A stretch of 64,000 bases of DNA from Candidatus Pacearchaeota archaeon (GCA_016866995.1 VGKQ01000002.1:221-64220); one strand, 5' to 3'. Counted from the first letter of the stretch, positions 35,343 to 44,026 are shown. The notes: generated from the sequence alone by a model not told the origin. Program-made: numbers and translations.

Positions 35343-37055
35343 ATGTTTGCAATAGATGCGCTTATTTCATTTTTTTCAGGAAATGCAGAGAGCATAACAG
35401 AACATTCTGTTTTAATAAGTATTTCTCTGGTAATAATTTTTGCAGCTTTTTTTGCGTATCTCTCTAAAGTCCTCAAACAAAATTTTATTCTTGCGTATGT
35501 TGTTTCAGGAATTATTCTCGGCCCGCTTGTTTTGGGCATAATTTCAGATAAAAATTTAATTAATGGCTTTGCAGAAATTGGAATCTCTTTTTTGCTGTTT
35601 ACTATTGGGCTGGAAATGGGCTTTAAAAAATTGAAAGAATCTTTTTCTACATCTGCAATTGCAGGAATTATCCAGGTTATTTCTGTCACTTTATTCTGCT
35701 TTTTTATTCTTCTTGCATTTAAGTTTTCCGTTTCAGAAGCAGTATGGATAGGGCTGGCAATTTCTTTTAGTTCCACGGTTGTTGTAACAAAGATTCTTGC
35801 TGATAAAAATGAGCTTAATACTCTTCATGCGAGATTTATCATAGGAATAATGCTTGTGCAGGATGTTATTGCAATAATATGCTTGGCTGTTCTTACAAAA
35901 GAATTTACTTTATCTTTTATTGCTCTGACTTTAATTAAGCTTGCTTTTCTCCTGCTCATATCATTTTTTCTTTATTTTATTTTAAGAAAAACACTGAAAA
36001 AAATCGCATCCTCAACAGAGCTGTTATTCATAATTTCTCTTGCTCTTCTTTTCTTTTTAGTCATTCTTGCTTCTTTATTGAATTTTTCAATAACAATTGG
36101 CGCATTCATAGCCGGAATAATTTTTGCGAATACTGCTTATAAACTTGAGATAGAAACAAGAACCAAATCATTAAGGGACTTTTTTTCAGTAATATTTTTT
36201 GTTTCAGTCGGGATGCTTCTTACAAATATTTCAAGAGGCATGCTTATGCCAACATTTTTTCTTCTTCTTGTTCTTATAATATTTGAGCCATTAATTACTG
36301 CATTAGTCCTGAGATTTAAAGGGTATAATTCAAGAATATCACTAAAAATAGGGGTTTCATTTGCCCAACTTAGTGAATTCAGCCTTATTCTTATGCTTAC
36401 TGCGCTTAACTTCGGAGTTATCCCTCAAAATGCATTTGACATAATTATTCTTACAACAGTGATTTCAATAGCAATAACCCCCTATACCATAAAGCTTGAC
36501 AAGCCATTTTCAAAAATTTTTGGGAAGGTATTTGATTTGATACCCAAAAAATTTTCCCGCGAGATAAAATATATTACGCCGGGAAAGAAAAAAATAATTA
36601 TTTTTGGGTGTCATAGGATGGGGAGCATTTATCTTCAATTTTTAGAGAAAGTAAAAGATAGGGTGCTTGTTGTTGATTTTAATCCAGAGGTTATAAACTC
36701 TCTTTCAATAAAAAAAATATCATGCATTTACGGCGATATAAACAACCGTGAATTTATTCAAAGCCTTCCTCTAAATGATGCAGAGATATTTATATCTACT
36801 ATTCCTGACAAACAAGACAATATTCTTCTTATTAGATGCATCAGGAACATTAAGCCAGATGCATTAATCGCCTTGACTGCCGAGAAAATCCATGACGCTC
36901 TTGAAATGTATGAAAAAGGCGCAGATTATGTTATTCTGCCGCAGGTTCTTGGTGCAGAAAAAAGCCTTGAAATATTCACCAAAAGAAGCAAAATAAAAAA
37001 TTTCAAGCAGAAGCATATAGCCTACCTCAAAAAAATCCATAATTTTTTATATTAA
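35343..37055 (+). CDS. Kef/CPA2-type cation:proton antiporter with C-terminal TrkA-N/RCK domain
   Basis: About 12 TM segments followed by a Rossmann-like KKIIIFGCHRMG. Confidence 0.85.
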   Translation: MFAIDALISFFSGNAESITEHSVLISISLVIIFAAFFAYLSKVLKQNFILAYVVSGIILGPLVLGIISDKNLINGFAEIGISFLLFTIGLEMGFKKLKESFSTSAIAGIIQVISVTLFCFFILLAFKFSVSEAVWIGLAISFSSTVVVTKILADKNELNTLHARFIIGIMLVQDVIAIICLAVLTKEFTLSFIALTLIKLAFLLLISFFLYFILRKTLKKIASSTELLFIISLALLFFLVILASLLNFSITIGAFIAGIIFANTAYKLEIETRTKSLRDFFSVIFFVSVGMLLTNISRGMLMPTFFLLLVLIIFEPLITALVLRFKGYNSRISLKIGVSFAQLSEFSLILMLTALNFGVIPQNAFDIIILTTVISIAITPYTIKLDKPFSKIFGKVFDLIPKKFSREIKYITPGKKKIIIFGCHRMGSIYLQFLEKVKDRVLVVDFNPEVINSLSIKKISCIYGDINNREFIQSLPLNDAEIFISTIPDKQDNILLIRCIRNIKPDALIALTAEKIHDALEMYEKGADYVILPQVLGAEKSLEIFTKRSKIKNFKQKHIAYLKKIHNFLY

Positions 37056-37150
37056 TTCAAAATAAGAAAAATTAAAATTGTCAGGACATTATACACTCTC
37101 TTTTTGAATATCATGATAATACCAGAAAATTATAGTAAAAAGTTTATTGC

Positions 37151-37573
37151 TTATGTTCTTGTTAATCTCTCAATTTCTTCTCTAGCTTTCTGCAATTCTA
37201 TGCTCTCTACAAGCATCATTTGCACCTTGTTTCCAAAAGGGTCTTCATTAAAAACAAGATACCCTTCTATTTCAGCCAAAGTTTTAACAATAATTTGTGA
37301 GTATCCCAAAGAACAATTAATTTTTAAGCATAAAGGAATGCCTCCACCAATTTCATTTGGCTTATGCTGGATAATATAGCTAGCATCTAATGCTCTTGTC
37401 CCCAAATTAAAAGGCCTCCAGGAAACAGAAAAATATTCAAAATCTCTTCCATCTATTGGAATTGTTTGTCCTGCTAATCTTTCCAAATCTCTTACATCTC
37501 TAACTTTTTCTTTATCTAAAACTTGCAGAAAAGTTCTTGCAATTTCTGTTAATCTTTCTCTTGGTATTTTCAT
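37151..37573 (-). CDS. hypothetical protein (start trimmed to avoid overlap with rps9)
   Basis: MKIPRERLTEIARTF... 140 aa, sitting where rpoN normally follows rps9. Confidence 0.5.
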   Translation of the reverse strand: MKIPRERLTEIARTFLQVLDKEKVRDVRDLERLAGQTIPIDGRDFEYFSVSWRPFNLGTRALDASYIIQHKPNEIGGGIPLCLKINCSLGYSQIIVKTLAEIEGYLVFNEDPFGNKVQMMLVESIELQKAREEIERLTRT

Positions 37574-37607
37574 CTTCAATAGAACTCTTCTTGCCCAGTA
37601 AATATAA

Positions 37608-38012
37608 TCAGCGGTAGCTTTTTTGCCTCTTAGCCCTTGCCTTGGAATCTCCTGGCTTGTAAGCTTCTTTTCTTCTCGTGTCTGCAACCAGCATGCTTCT
37701 GTCATACAAAAGATAAGCTTTTCTCAATTCAGAGCTTTTTGTAGCTTCAACTAATGCTCGTGCGATTGCCAGCCTTGATGCCTCAATCTGGCTCTCCTGC
37801 CCTCCGCCTCTTGCCATAATATCAATGTCAAATTTCAAGCCCCCAAGCTTTTCAGAGGCAATTCTTAATGGCTCTTCAATCATTAATCTTTTCATAATTT
37901 CAAGATGCTGATAAGGCTTCTTGTTTATTGTAATTTTTCCGCTTCCTTCTTTAATAACAGCTCTTGCCACTGCGCTCTTTCTCTTCCCGCTTGTCACAAT
38001 TTTTTCATTCAT
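37608..38012 (-). CDS. rps9: 30S ribosomal protein S9 (uS9)
   Basis: GKRKSAVARA... and the C-terminal KPGDSKARAKRQKSYR. Confidence 0.9.
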   Translation of the reverse strand: MNEKIVTSGKRKSAVARAVIKEGSGKITINKKPYQHLEIMKRLMIEEPLRIASEKLGGLKFDIDIMARGGGQESQIEASRLAIARALVEATKSSELRKAYLLYDRSMLVADTRRKEAYKPGDSKARAKRQKSYR

Positions 38013-38023
38013 CTTTAAATTTA

Positions 38024-38109
38024 GCAAGACAAATCATTTATGATTTTTAGTTCATCAGAAACCTTATGTTTCTGAGTGCATTCAGAAATTTACATTTCTG
38101 ATGTCTTGC
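38024..38109. other. multi-hairpin element in the rps9-rpl13 spacer (outer stem GCAAGACA/TGTCTTGC enclosing TCAGAAAY hairpins)
   Basis: TCAGAAAC-cttat-GTTTCTGA (38055-38075), TCAGAAAT-ttac-ATTTCTGA (38082-38101), AAATCAT/ATGATTT (38031-38046). Confidence 0.7.
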
Positions 38110-38133
38110 CTATTTTTCCGTTCATTTTAATAT

Positions 38134-38538
38134 TTATTTCAGCATTTTAGAGAGCTCTTCAAGGCTCATCAAATCCTTGTTTTCTCTTCCTGATTTAATT
38201 TTTTTCTCATTCTCAAACTCTTTTGGAACTCCCTTATAGCATCTTATTCTTTTAAAAGCTTCTTCTCCTCTTCCCATCTTGTAAGAAAGCATTCCTCTTA
38301 TTGTTCTTTTCAAAATTTGTTCAGGCATGCTTGGATACTTGACTTTCTTGAATTTTCTCTTCTCAAGATAGCCTTGAATTATGCTTTTTCTGTTTCCAGA
38401 AACAACTGCTTTTTCAGAATTTACAATAATAACTTTTTTTCCAAGCAAAGCTTGTTTCGCAGAAAAACTTGCCAGCCTTCCAAGTATAGCATTTTCTGCG
38501 TCAATTACAATCTGATTTTTTTCTTCTGTTTTTTCCAT
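38134..38538 (-). CDS. rpl13: 50S ribosomal protein L13 (uL13)
   Basis: IDAENAILGRLASFSAKQALLGKKVIIVNSEKAVVSG. Confidence 0.9.
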   Translation of the reverse strand: MEKTEEKNQIVIDAENAILGRLASFSAKQALLGKKVIIVNSEKAVVSGNRKSIIQGYLEKRKFKKVKYPSMPEQILKRTIRGMLSYKMGRGEEAFKRIRCYKGVPKEFENEKKIKSGRENKDLMSLEELSKMLK

Positions 38539-38540
38539 TT

Positions 38541-39041
38541 TTATTTCAAAATTTTCAGCCCGTTTGCCTTTGGATTTACTTTTATTTCCTCAAGTATTGA
38601 AACAATCTCGCACTTCCTGGCTTTAAGCTTTTCCCTTGCGCTTTTTGAAAATGATATTCCAACAACTCTTATTTTCTTGCTTACTTCTCCATTTCCTAAA
38701 ACTTTTCCAGGCACAATAATAGTATCTCCTTCCCTGCTTTCTTTATCAATTTCATCAAGATTTTTTGAAATCTGCTTTCTTCTTGGATAAGAAAGCAAAC
38801 TAGCTACTGGAAGCCAGGCTTCATTTTTCTTTGTTAAAATTATAGTTTCAGCTAATTCTGGATTTAATTTTCTTTCTGCCTGCCTGTCTATTTTTGTTCT
38901 TGATTTTGTTATTTTATCTAGCAAGACATTTTTTTCTTGCCTATCTTTTGATTTCATTATTTTATCTTTCATCTTAATTTTAACAAGCTGAGAATTAAGT
39001 AGTTTCCTACTCAACGCGTTAGCTTGCAGGTTATTTTTCAA
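38541..39041 (-). CDS. rpl18e: 50S ribosomal protein L18e (eL18); the true start may be internal
   Basis: IIVPGKVLGNGEVSKKIRVVGISFSKSAREKLKARKCEIVSILE. Confidence 0.8.
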   Translation of the reverse strand: MKNNLQANALSRKLLNSQLVKIKMKDKIMKSKDRQEKNVLLDKITKSRTKIDRQAERKLNPELAETIILTKKNEAWLPVASLLSYPRRKQISKNLDEIDKESREGDTIIVPGKVLGNGEVSKKIRVVGISFSKSAREKLKARKCEIVSILEEIKVNPKANGLKILK

Positions 39042-39106
39042 TATTTTGAGGGTTTATAAACTTTTTTGATATAAATGCGGGTAAACTTGAGCGCATTTCT
39101 GATGAA

Positions 39107-39130
39107 ATGCGGGAGAAAGGATTTGAACCT
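39107..39130 (-). repeat. exact 24-nt duplicate of the 3' end (T-arm/acceptor) of the adjacent tRNA
   Basis: atgcgggagaaaggatttgaacct is identical to 39242-39265. The upstream sequence cannot form a T-stem or acceptor partner. Confidence 0.85.
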
Positions 39131-39242
39131 AGAACCTCTGGCGGGTTCTAGTTATTCCAGCATACAAAACCCAGTTTCTCTTTCTTCGAAATTCACTCCT
39201 CAGTTCAAATCCAATTACTATGCCTTTGGCATAGCAAGAATA

Positions 39243-39367
39243 TGCGGGAGAAAGGATTTGAACCTTCGCAGGCACTAAGCCACATGGTTTCTGCCTTTGC
39301 AGTCCTTAGCTTGGCAGTTTTTTCTTTGAAAAAACTCATGCCCGTTTGACCGCTCCGGCACTCCCGC
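39243..39367 (-). tRNA. class II (long variable arm) tRNA, Leu-type body, with a ~41-nt insertion in the anticodon region; anticodon unresolved
   Basis: The 5' 27 nt, the variable arm TGGCTTAGTGCCTGC and A73 are identical to tRNA-Leu(CAA) at 53543. The inserted sequence contains the hairpin GTTTTTTC-AAA-GAAAAAAC and a CTAAGGA heptamer. Confidence 0.75.
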
Positions 39368-39416
39368 ATAATAAGAATATGGAGATATTTCCTTTTTAAG
39401 TATTTGCTTCCATAAT

Positions 39417-40385
39417 TCAAAAAGGAAAATAATTCAACTTATACTCATTAATCATCAACAAGGTTTCATGGCTTTTTATTAGATTATTGAACTTATTCTT
39501 AAAATCCTTGAAAATATTGTGGAATTCCTGGCTATTTTTTGCATCTATCTGCAATTCAATATTCCACGAACCTATGCCTCTAATTATAATATCTGCTATA
39601 TTTGGAATAGAGGAGCAATATTCGATTATCTTTTTTTCAGCTTCTTTATCTAAATTTTGTGCTGAAATTAACACCTTATATAACTGATAATTGATTTTTG
39701 GATAATCAATCAGAATTCTATATCCTTGTATAATCTCATTTTCATTCAGCTTTTTTAATCTATATCTTATAATATCTATTGTAGAATTTATTTTTTCAAC
39801 AAGCTCAACAATTTGAATTCTTGAGTTTTCAGCCATTTCTTTTAAAATTTTTCTGTCAATGTCATCAACTTCTATAATCTCTGTTTTTCCTCCAAATTCC
39901 TCTATTTTCGCTTGTGATTTACTTTGTTCTAATAAGTAATTTTTTTTGAAATGAGGAGCAGATATAACAATAAAGATATCATAACTTTGTATATTTTTTC
40001 TGAATTTATTTATAAGACTATTAAGAATTTCATAAAATTCTTCTATATTTTTTGCAAGAATTCCTGCCATTAAATCATACCTTCCTTCCCAGGAATTTAC
40101 CCATAAACTTGGAATTTTATTTATAATATAATCTATTATTTCTTTTTCTGATTTTTCATTTGTATTTTGCAGTTTAAAATAAACCTTGAAATAAGAATAT
40201 CCCAGCTTTTGGGTATTAATTACTGAGTAGAATTTTCTGATTATTCCCTCTTTCACAAGATTTTTTATTCTATGGCTAATCGCATTTTTTGAAAGCCTAA
40301 CTAACTTTCCAAGTTCTCCAAGTGTGTATCTGGAATTCATGTCAAGATAATACAAAATTTTTCTATCATATAAATCAAGTTTCAT
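39417..40385 (-). CDS. tandem (duplicated) Lrp/AsnC-family transcriptional regulator
   Basis: Two HTH+RAM modules: DRKILYYLDMNSRYTLGELGKLVRLSKNAISHRIKNL and DRKILKEMAENSRIQIVELVEKINSTIDIIRYRLKKL. Confidence 0.8.
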   Translation of the reverse strand: MKLDLYDRKILYYLDMNSRYTLGELGKLVRLSKNAISHRIKNLVKEGIIRKFYSVINTQKLGYSYFKVYFKLQNTNEKSEKEIIDYIINKIPSLWVNSWEGRYDLMAGILAKNIEEFYEILNSLINKFRKNIQSYDIFIVISAPHFKKNYLLEQSKSQAKIEEFGGKTEIIEVDDIDRKILKEMAENSRIQIVELVEKINSTIDIIRYRLKKLNENEIIQGYRILIDYPKINYQLYKVLISAQNLDKEAEKKIIEYCSSIPNIADIIIRGIGSWNIELQIDAKNSQEFHNIFKDFKNKFNNLIKSHETLLMINEYKLNYFPF

Positions 40386-40505
40386 ATTGTTACATATTAG
40401 GATTAGCTATATAAATTTTACTATTTTATCCCAAATTTTAATAAAAAATGTTAAATATAGGTAATATGTTGCTACTATCAAGAAATAAATCAAGGAGAAA
40501 AGAAA

Positions 40506-41441
40506 ATGAAACTTATTAGACTCACCGAAAATAATGATGGTAGTTTAGTTACAACAGTTAATGGCAAGGATTTTATTGTACAAGCAAGGCGTATTGGGCA
40601 CCCATTTGTAATAGACATAGATGAACGTGATATAAAATTTATTGACGAAGATTCAAAGCTACAAAGATTATGCAGGAAATCAGGAGCAAATGCATATTAT
40701 TGTGAAAAAACTTGTTCTGATTTTGAGGGGCATCTTGTAATTGAACCTTATACAATTATTGGAAGACTTCCAAGAGAAAAGAAAATACAAGCAATAACTC
40801 GGAGTCAATTAAGAGAAGCCATAAAAAAAGGAAGGAAATTTAAGATTGATGACCCTAAAATAGCATCTGTTCAATTATATGAAGATACTTTCAAAAATAT
40901 TCAGAAGAGAGTTATAAGTGCAGGACAATCTCTTCTTGTAGGAGATAACGTACCTGCTCTTTTGCCTTTGATACAAAGGATGCCTGATTATCTCCTTTTT
41001 TGGGTCTTTAATAGAAACTTTATGACTGATAAGGGGTTTTATGTTATTCAGGATTCTAAAAGTGAATTTGACAGAAAAATTAAACCAGAAAAATTAGAAA
41101 AAATGCTTAAAGATGGAAAAGAAATTCAAGGTGTTCGATTCAGTAAAGATAGAAAATTAAGATTCTGTAAATATCCCGCAGGACCTGGCGTGGAAGAAGA
41201 TTATAAAGAAATTGCAAGAGGAGAGTTCTTCAAAGTTAATTTTGGCTTGTCTGGGGCAAAAAAATTAGCAGAATATCTTCGTATAACAACTCAGAATTTT
41301 GGCGTGTTTGGATCTTTTAACCCAGAATGGAGCGGACCTACAGCATTTCAATTAACTAAACACCCCCATGAATTTGAATTTCAACGTGGTGACGATACAG
41401 GTGATAAAAGGTTCACATTTGGGGTAGAATATAAAAAATAA
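40506..41441 (+). CDS. hypothetical 311-aa protein
   Basis: Long ORF with no recognised motif, inserted between rpoD and rpl18e. Confidence 0.6.
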   Translation: MKLIRLTENNDGSLVTTVNGKDFIVQARRIGHPFVIDIDERDIKFIDEDSKLQRLCRKSGANAYYCEKTCSDFEGHLVIEPYTIIGRLPREKKIQAITRSQLREAIKKGRKFKIDDPKIASVQLYEDTFKNIQKRVISAGQSLLVGDNVPALLPLIQRMPDYLLFWVFNRNFMTDKGFYVIQDSKSEFDRKIKPEKLEKMLKDGKEIQGVRFSKDRKLRFCKYPAGPGVEEDYKEIARGEFFKVNFGLSGAKKLAEYLRITTQNFGVFGSFNPEWSGPTAFQLTKHPHEFEFQRGDDTGDKRFTFGVEYKK

Positions 41442-41442
41442 C

Positions 41443-42189
41443 TTATGCCTTGCTTATTATTTTCAGATTTTCTTTTATGGCATCAACAGCTTCTGAAAGT
41501 ATTTCCTTTGCCTCAATCATCCCCCATGACTCAATGAAAAACACAATCTCGCTTGAAGGTTTTATTGTAATAGAATCATTTCCTTTTTTCCTGCATATTT
41601 CAACACAAGCCTCGCACAAATCGCACTTCCATATATTTTCAATTTCTGGCTTTTTCTCAAGCTTAATCAGCCCAAGAGGGCATGCTTCAACACACTCCTT
41701 GCACCCATTACAGTTTTTAATCTCAATATCAGCAAAATTTCTGTAATATACAAGCCCAGGAGAAAATTTGGCATGTTCAATCCCCTTTCCCAATCTTGCA
41801 AAAGCAACAAGTTCAAGCTCCTGCCCATCCTGCAAAATAACAATAGGAATTTTCTCATAAACAGCTTCTGCTTTTCCCTTCAAATCTTTTGAATAAACTG
41901 TTCCAGGCCCTTTAGCAGAAAGCTTCAGCTGAATCATGCACTTCATGCATCCCTTTCCCTTGCAGTCGCAATCCTCTCTTAATTTTAATTTTTCATTTTT
42001 TAAAGGAATCAGGCCGATTCTGTGCGCGATTATCTCATCATACAAAACAGAATCATTTTTTGATATTTCAACTTCATCAACAGCAAGAATTCCTATCTCG
42101 TTCGCGCTTCTTCTTATGGCATTTGCTAAAGATTCATCTATTTCAGATATAAATACTGCTTTTTCCTTGTCTTTTTGTATTATCTTCAT
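41443..42189 (-). CDS. rpoD: DNA-directed RNA polymerase subunit D (Rpo3) with ferredoxin-like 4Fe-4S domain
   Basis: LANAIRR, HRIGLIPL, CNGCKECVEACP and CDLCEACVEIC. Confidence 0.9.
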   Translation of the reverse strand: MKIIQKDKEKAVFISEIDESLANAIRRSANEIGILAVDEVEISKNDSVLYDEIIAHRIGLIPLKNEKLKLREDCDCKGKGCMKCMIQLKLSAKGPGTVYSKDLKGKAEAVYEKIPIVILQDGQELELVAFARLGKGIEHAKFSPGLVYYRNFADIEIKNCNGCKECVEACPLGLIKLEKKPEIENIWKCDLCEACVEICRKKGNDSITIKPSSEIVFFIESWGMIEAKEILSEAVDAIKENLKIISKA

Positions 42190-42190
42190 T

Positions 42191-42466
42191 TTATGCTACT
42201 AATTCCTGCCTCCTCCATGCATGTTTTTCCTTAAATTCAAAATATATTTGATCTGCACATTCTATCAATCTATTCCCCCATCTATAACTCGGGTTTTCTT
42301 TTTGTCTTGCTGTTTTTATCCCTCTAATCTGAATACTAAATTCTTTATAAGCAATACTAAATGTTAAATTTGCCTGCTCTTCATCTTTAATATCAACAGC
42401 ATCTTCTGCTTTTCTCAATAATTCAATTAAATCTGCTAATTCTTGCTGTCTTTTTGTTAATTTCAT
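42191..42466 (-). CDS. hypothetical 91-aa protein inserted between rps11 and rpoD
   Basis: ORF with its own TATA-like ggtttataaata upstream. The stop lies 1 nt before the rpoD ATG. Confidence 0.5.
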   Translation of the reverse strand: MKLTKRQQELADLIELLRKAEDAVDIKDEEQANLTFSIAYKEFSIQIRGIKTARQKENPSYRWGNRLIECADQIYFEFKEKHAWRRQELVA

Positions 42467-42517
42467 GTTGTTATTTTTATCTCTTAATTTATTATCAATA
42501 TTTATTTATAAACCTAA

Positions 42518-42976
42518 TCAAACTCTTCTTCCTCTTTTCCCGCCTTTTTTCTTAGGCCCGCCTCTTGGAACTTTTGTTGTATCAACAATGCTTATCACTT
42601 TTATTCCCTCTCTTGACAATGATTTGACAGCAGCATGCGCTCCTGGTCCAAGTGCCGGAGAGCCAGTAGCAGCTTTTATTCTTACATACAGGCTTGTTAT
42701 TCCTGCTTCTTTGGAAATCTCAGCAGCCCTCTTTGCAACAAACATCGCGACAGTCGGATTTGCCTTCAATCTGTCATGCTTTGTTATCTGCCCCCCGGAA
42801 ATTCTTGCAACAGTATTTCCAGACAAGTCAGTTATGTGGACAATTGTATTATTAAATGATGTTGAGATATAAACAATTCCTGTGGCTTCCTCGCTTTTTT
42901 TCTTTTCCTTTTTTGCAGAATTTTTCTCCTCAAGCCTGTTTAATTCAGCAGCAGTCTGTTGTTCATTTCCTGGCAT
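42518..42976 (-). CDS. rps11: 30S ribosomal protein S11 (uS11)
   Basis: GIVYISTSFNNTIVHITDLSGN...VPRGGPKKKGGKRGRRV. Confidence 0.9.
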   Translation of the reverse strand: MPGNEQQTAAELNRLEEKNSAKKEKKKSEEATGIVYISTSFNNTIVHITDLSGNTVARISGGQITKHDRLKANPTVAMFVAKRAAEISKEAGITSLYVRIKAATGSPALGPGAHAAVKSLSREGIKVISIVDTTKVPRGGPKKKGGKRGRRV

Positions 42977-42977
42977 A

Positions 42978-43457
42978 TTAATTTTTCTCCGTATTTTTTT
43001 CGCTTATTTTTCTTACTGTTTTAATTTCAATTTTGTCTTCCTCATCAACAGGCACAATATAAGAAGGGATATTTATTCTCTTCCCGCCAATTGATATGTG
43101 CTTATGGGCTATAAGCTGTCTTGCTTCTTTTGGAGTTCTTGCAAGTTTTTTTTCTACAACCAGGCTCTGAAGCCTTCTTTTCAGCCAGTTTTCTTTGTTT
43201 AATGCAAGAGCATCAGCAGTATTCTTTATATCAAATCCAATTTTTCTCAGTTTTTCAAATAGCTTCTCCTGCTCTTCTTTGCTTGAAGTGATAAGTGATT
43301 TTGCCTGTTTTCGTATTCTGTCAACTGCAGCTTCTGCTTTCCAGATTTCTCTCTTGCTTTTTAATCCATATCTTTTCAGGAGCAAATTTTCATTTTCTAT
43401 TCTTGCCTTGTCATAAAGCTTTCTTGGTCTTGAATATCTTTTATGTTTTCGTATCAT
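42978..43457 (-). CDS. rps4: 30S ribosomal protein S4 (uS4)
   Basis: RPRKLYDKARIENENLLLKRYGLKSKREIWKAE plus a C-terminal S4 domain. Confidence 0.9.
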   Translation of the reverse strand: MIRKHKRYSRPRKLYDKARIENENLLLKRYGLKSKREIWKAEAAVDRIRKQAKSLITSSKEEQEKLFEKLRKIGFDIKNTADALALNKENWLKRRLQSLVVEKKLARTPKEARQLIAHKHISIGGKRINIPSYIVPVDEEDKIEIKTVRKISEKNTEKN

Positions 43458-43466
43458 CTTAAATTT

Positions 43467-43946
43467 TTATTGTTTTTTCCCCGCCTTTGGCTTATTCATA
43501 ACTCCAACAGCTTTTTTCTTTCCTCTTGTCCTGAAATGGCTTCTTGTTCTCTGCCCTCTTACAGGCTGTCCAAGAGCATGCCTTAATCCCCGATAACTTC
43601 TGATTTTCTTTAGTCTTTTTATATCAAATTCTTTTATCAAATCTAAGTCACTTCCAATTAAATGCAGACTTTTACCTGCCTCAAAATCTTTTCTTCTGTT
43701 CAGCATAAAATCAGGAAGTTTTGGGTTTTTGATGAATTCTGAAATTTTTTTTATTTCCTGCTCGTTTAAAGAAACAATTTTTCTTTCTTTGCTTATCCCA
43801 AGCACGTGGCATACTGCATTTGACAGGCTCCACGAAACTCCTTTTATTCTTGTCAGGCCAGCATACACCTGCTTGTTTCCAGGAACATCAGTAGACAGAA
43901 TTCTGATTATTTTCTCTTCTTTTTCCTGATGTTCTGGTTTTATCAT
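43467..43946 (-). CDS. rps13: 30S ribosomal protein S13 (uS13)
   Basis: IRILSTDVPGNKQVYAGLTRIKGV...RGLRHALGQPVRGQRTRSHFR. Confidence 0.9.
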   Translation of the reverse strand: MIKPEHQEKEEKIIRILSTDVPGNKQVYAGLTRIKGVSWSLSNAVCHVLGISKERKIVSLNEQEIKKISEFIKNPKLPDFMLNRRKDFEAGKSLHLIGSDLDLIKEFDIKRLKKIRSYRGLRHALGQPVRGQRTRSHFRTRGKKKAVGVMNKPKAGKKQ

Positions 43947-44026
43947 TTTAATTTTTATTTTGCAAATTTATTTGCGTATATTTTTTATTTTGTTTTATCA
44001 TTTTTTCATCCTTGCGAAATACTGAT

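Noticed and set aside
37574-37705. The N-terminal 44 codons of track ORF 37151..37705, which overlap rps9 by 98 nt.
   Set aside because: The overlap with a highly conserved r-protein gene is implausible. The internal Met at 37573 gives a non-overlapping gene.
38024-38109. C/D-box sRNA interpretation of the hairpin elements at 38.05 kb and 53.66 kb. It was suggested by terminal stems, CTGA words and ATGATTT near the 5' side.
   Set aside because: The C-box-like ATGATTT lacks the second GA needed for a kink-turn. CTGA is part of the hairpin stems, and no plausible 10-12 nt guide spacing is present.
39107-39130. A split-tRNA 3' half, as in Nanoarchaeum, for the duplicated tRNA 3' end.
   Set aside because: The sequence upstream of the duplicate gives only a 3-bp T-stem and has no anticodon-stem half. 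No complementary leader is visible in the window. A duplication scar is the simpler reading.
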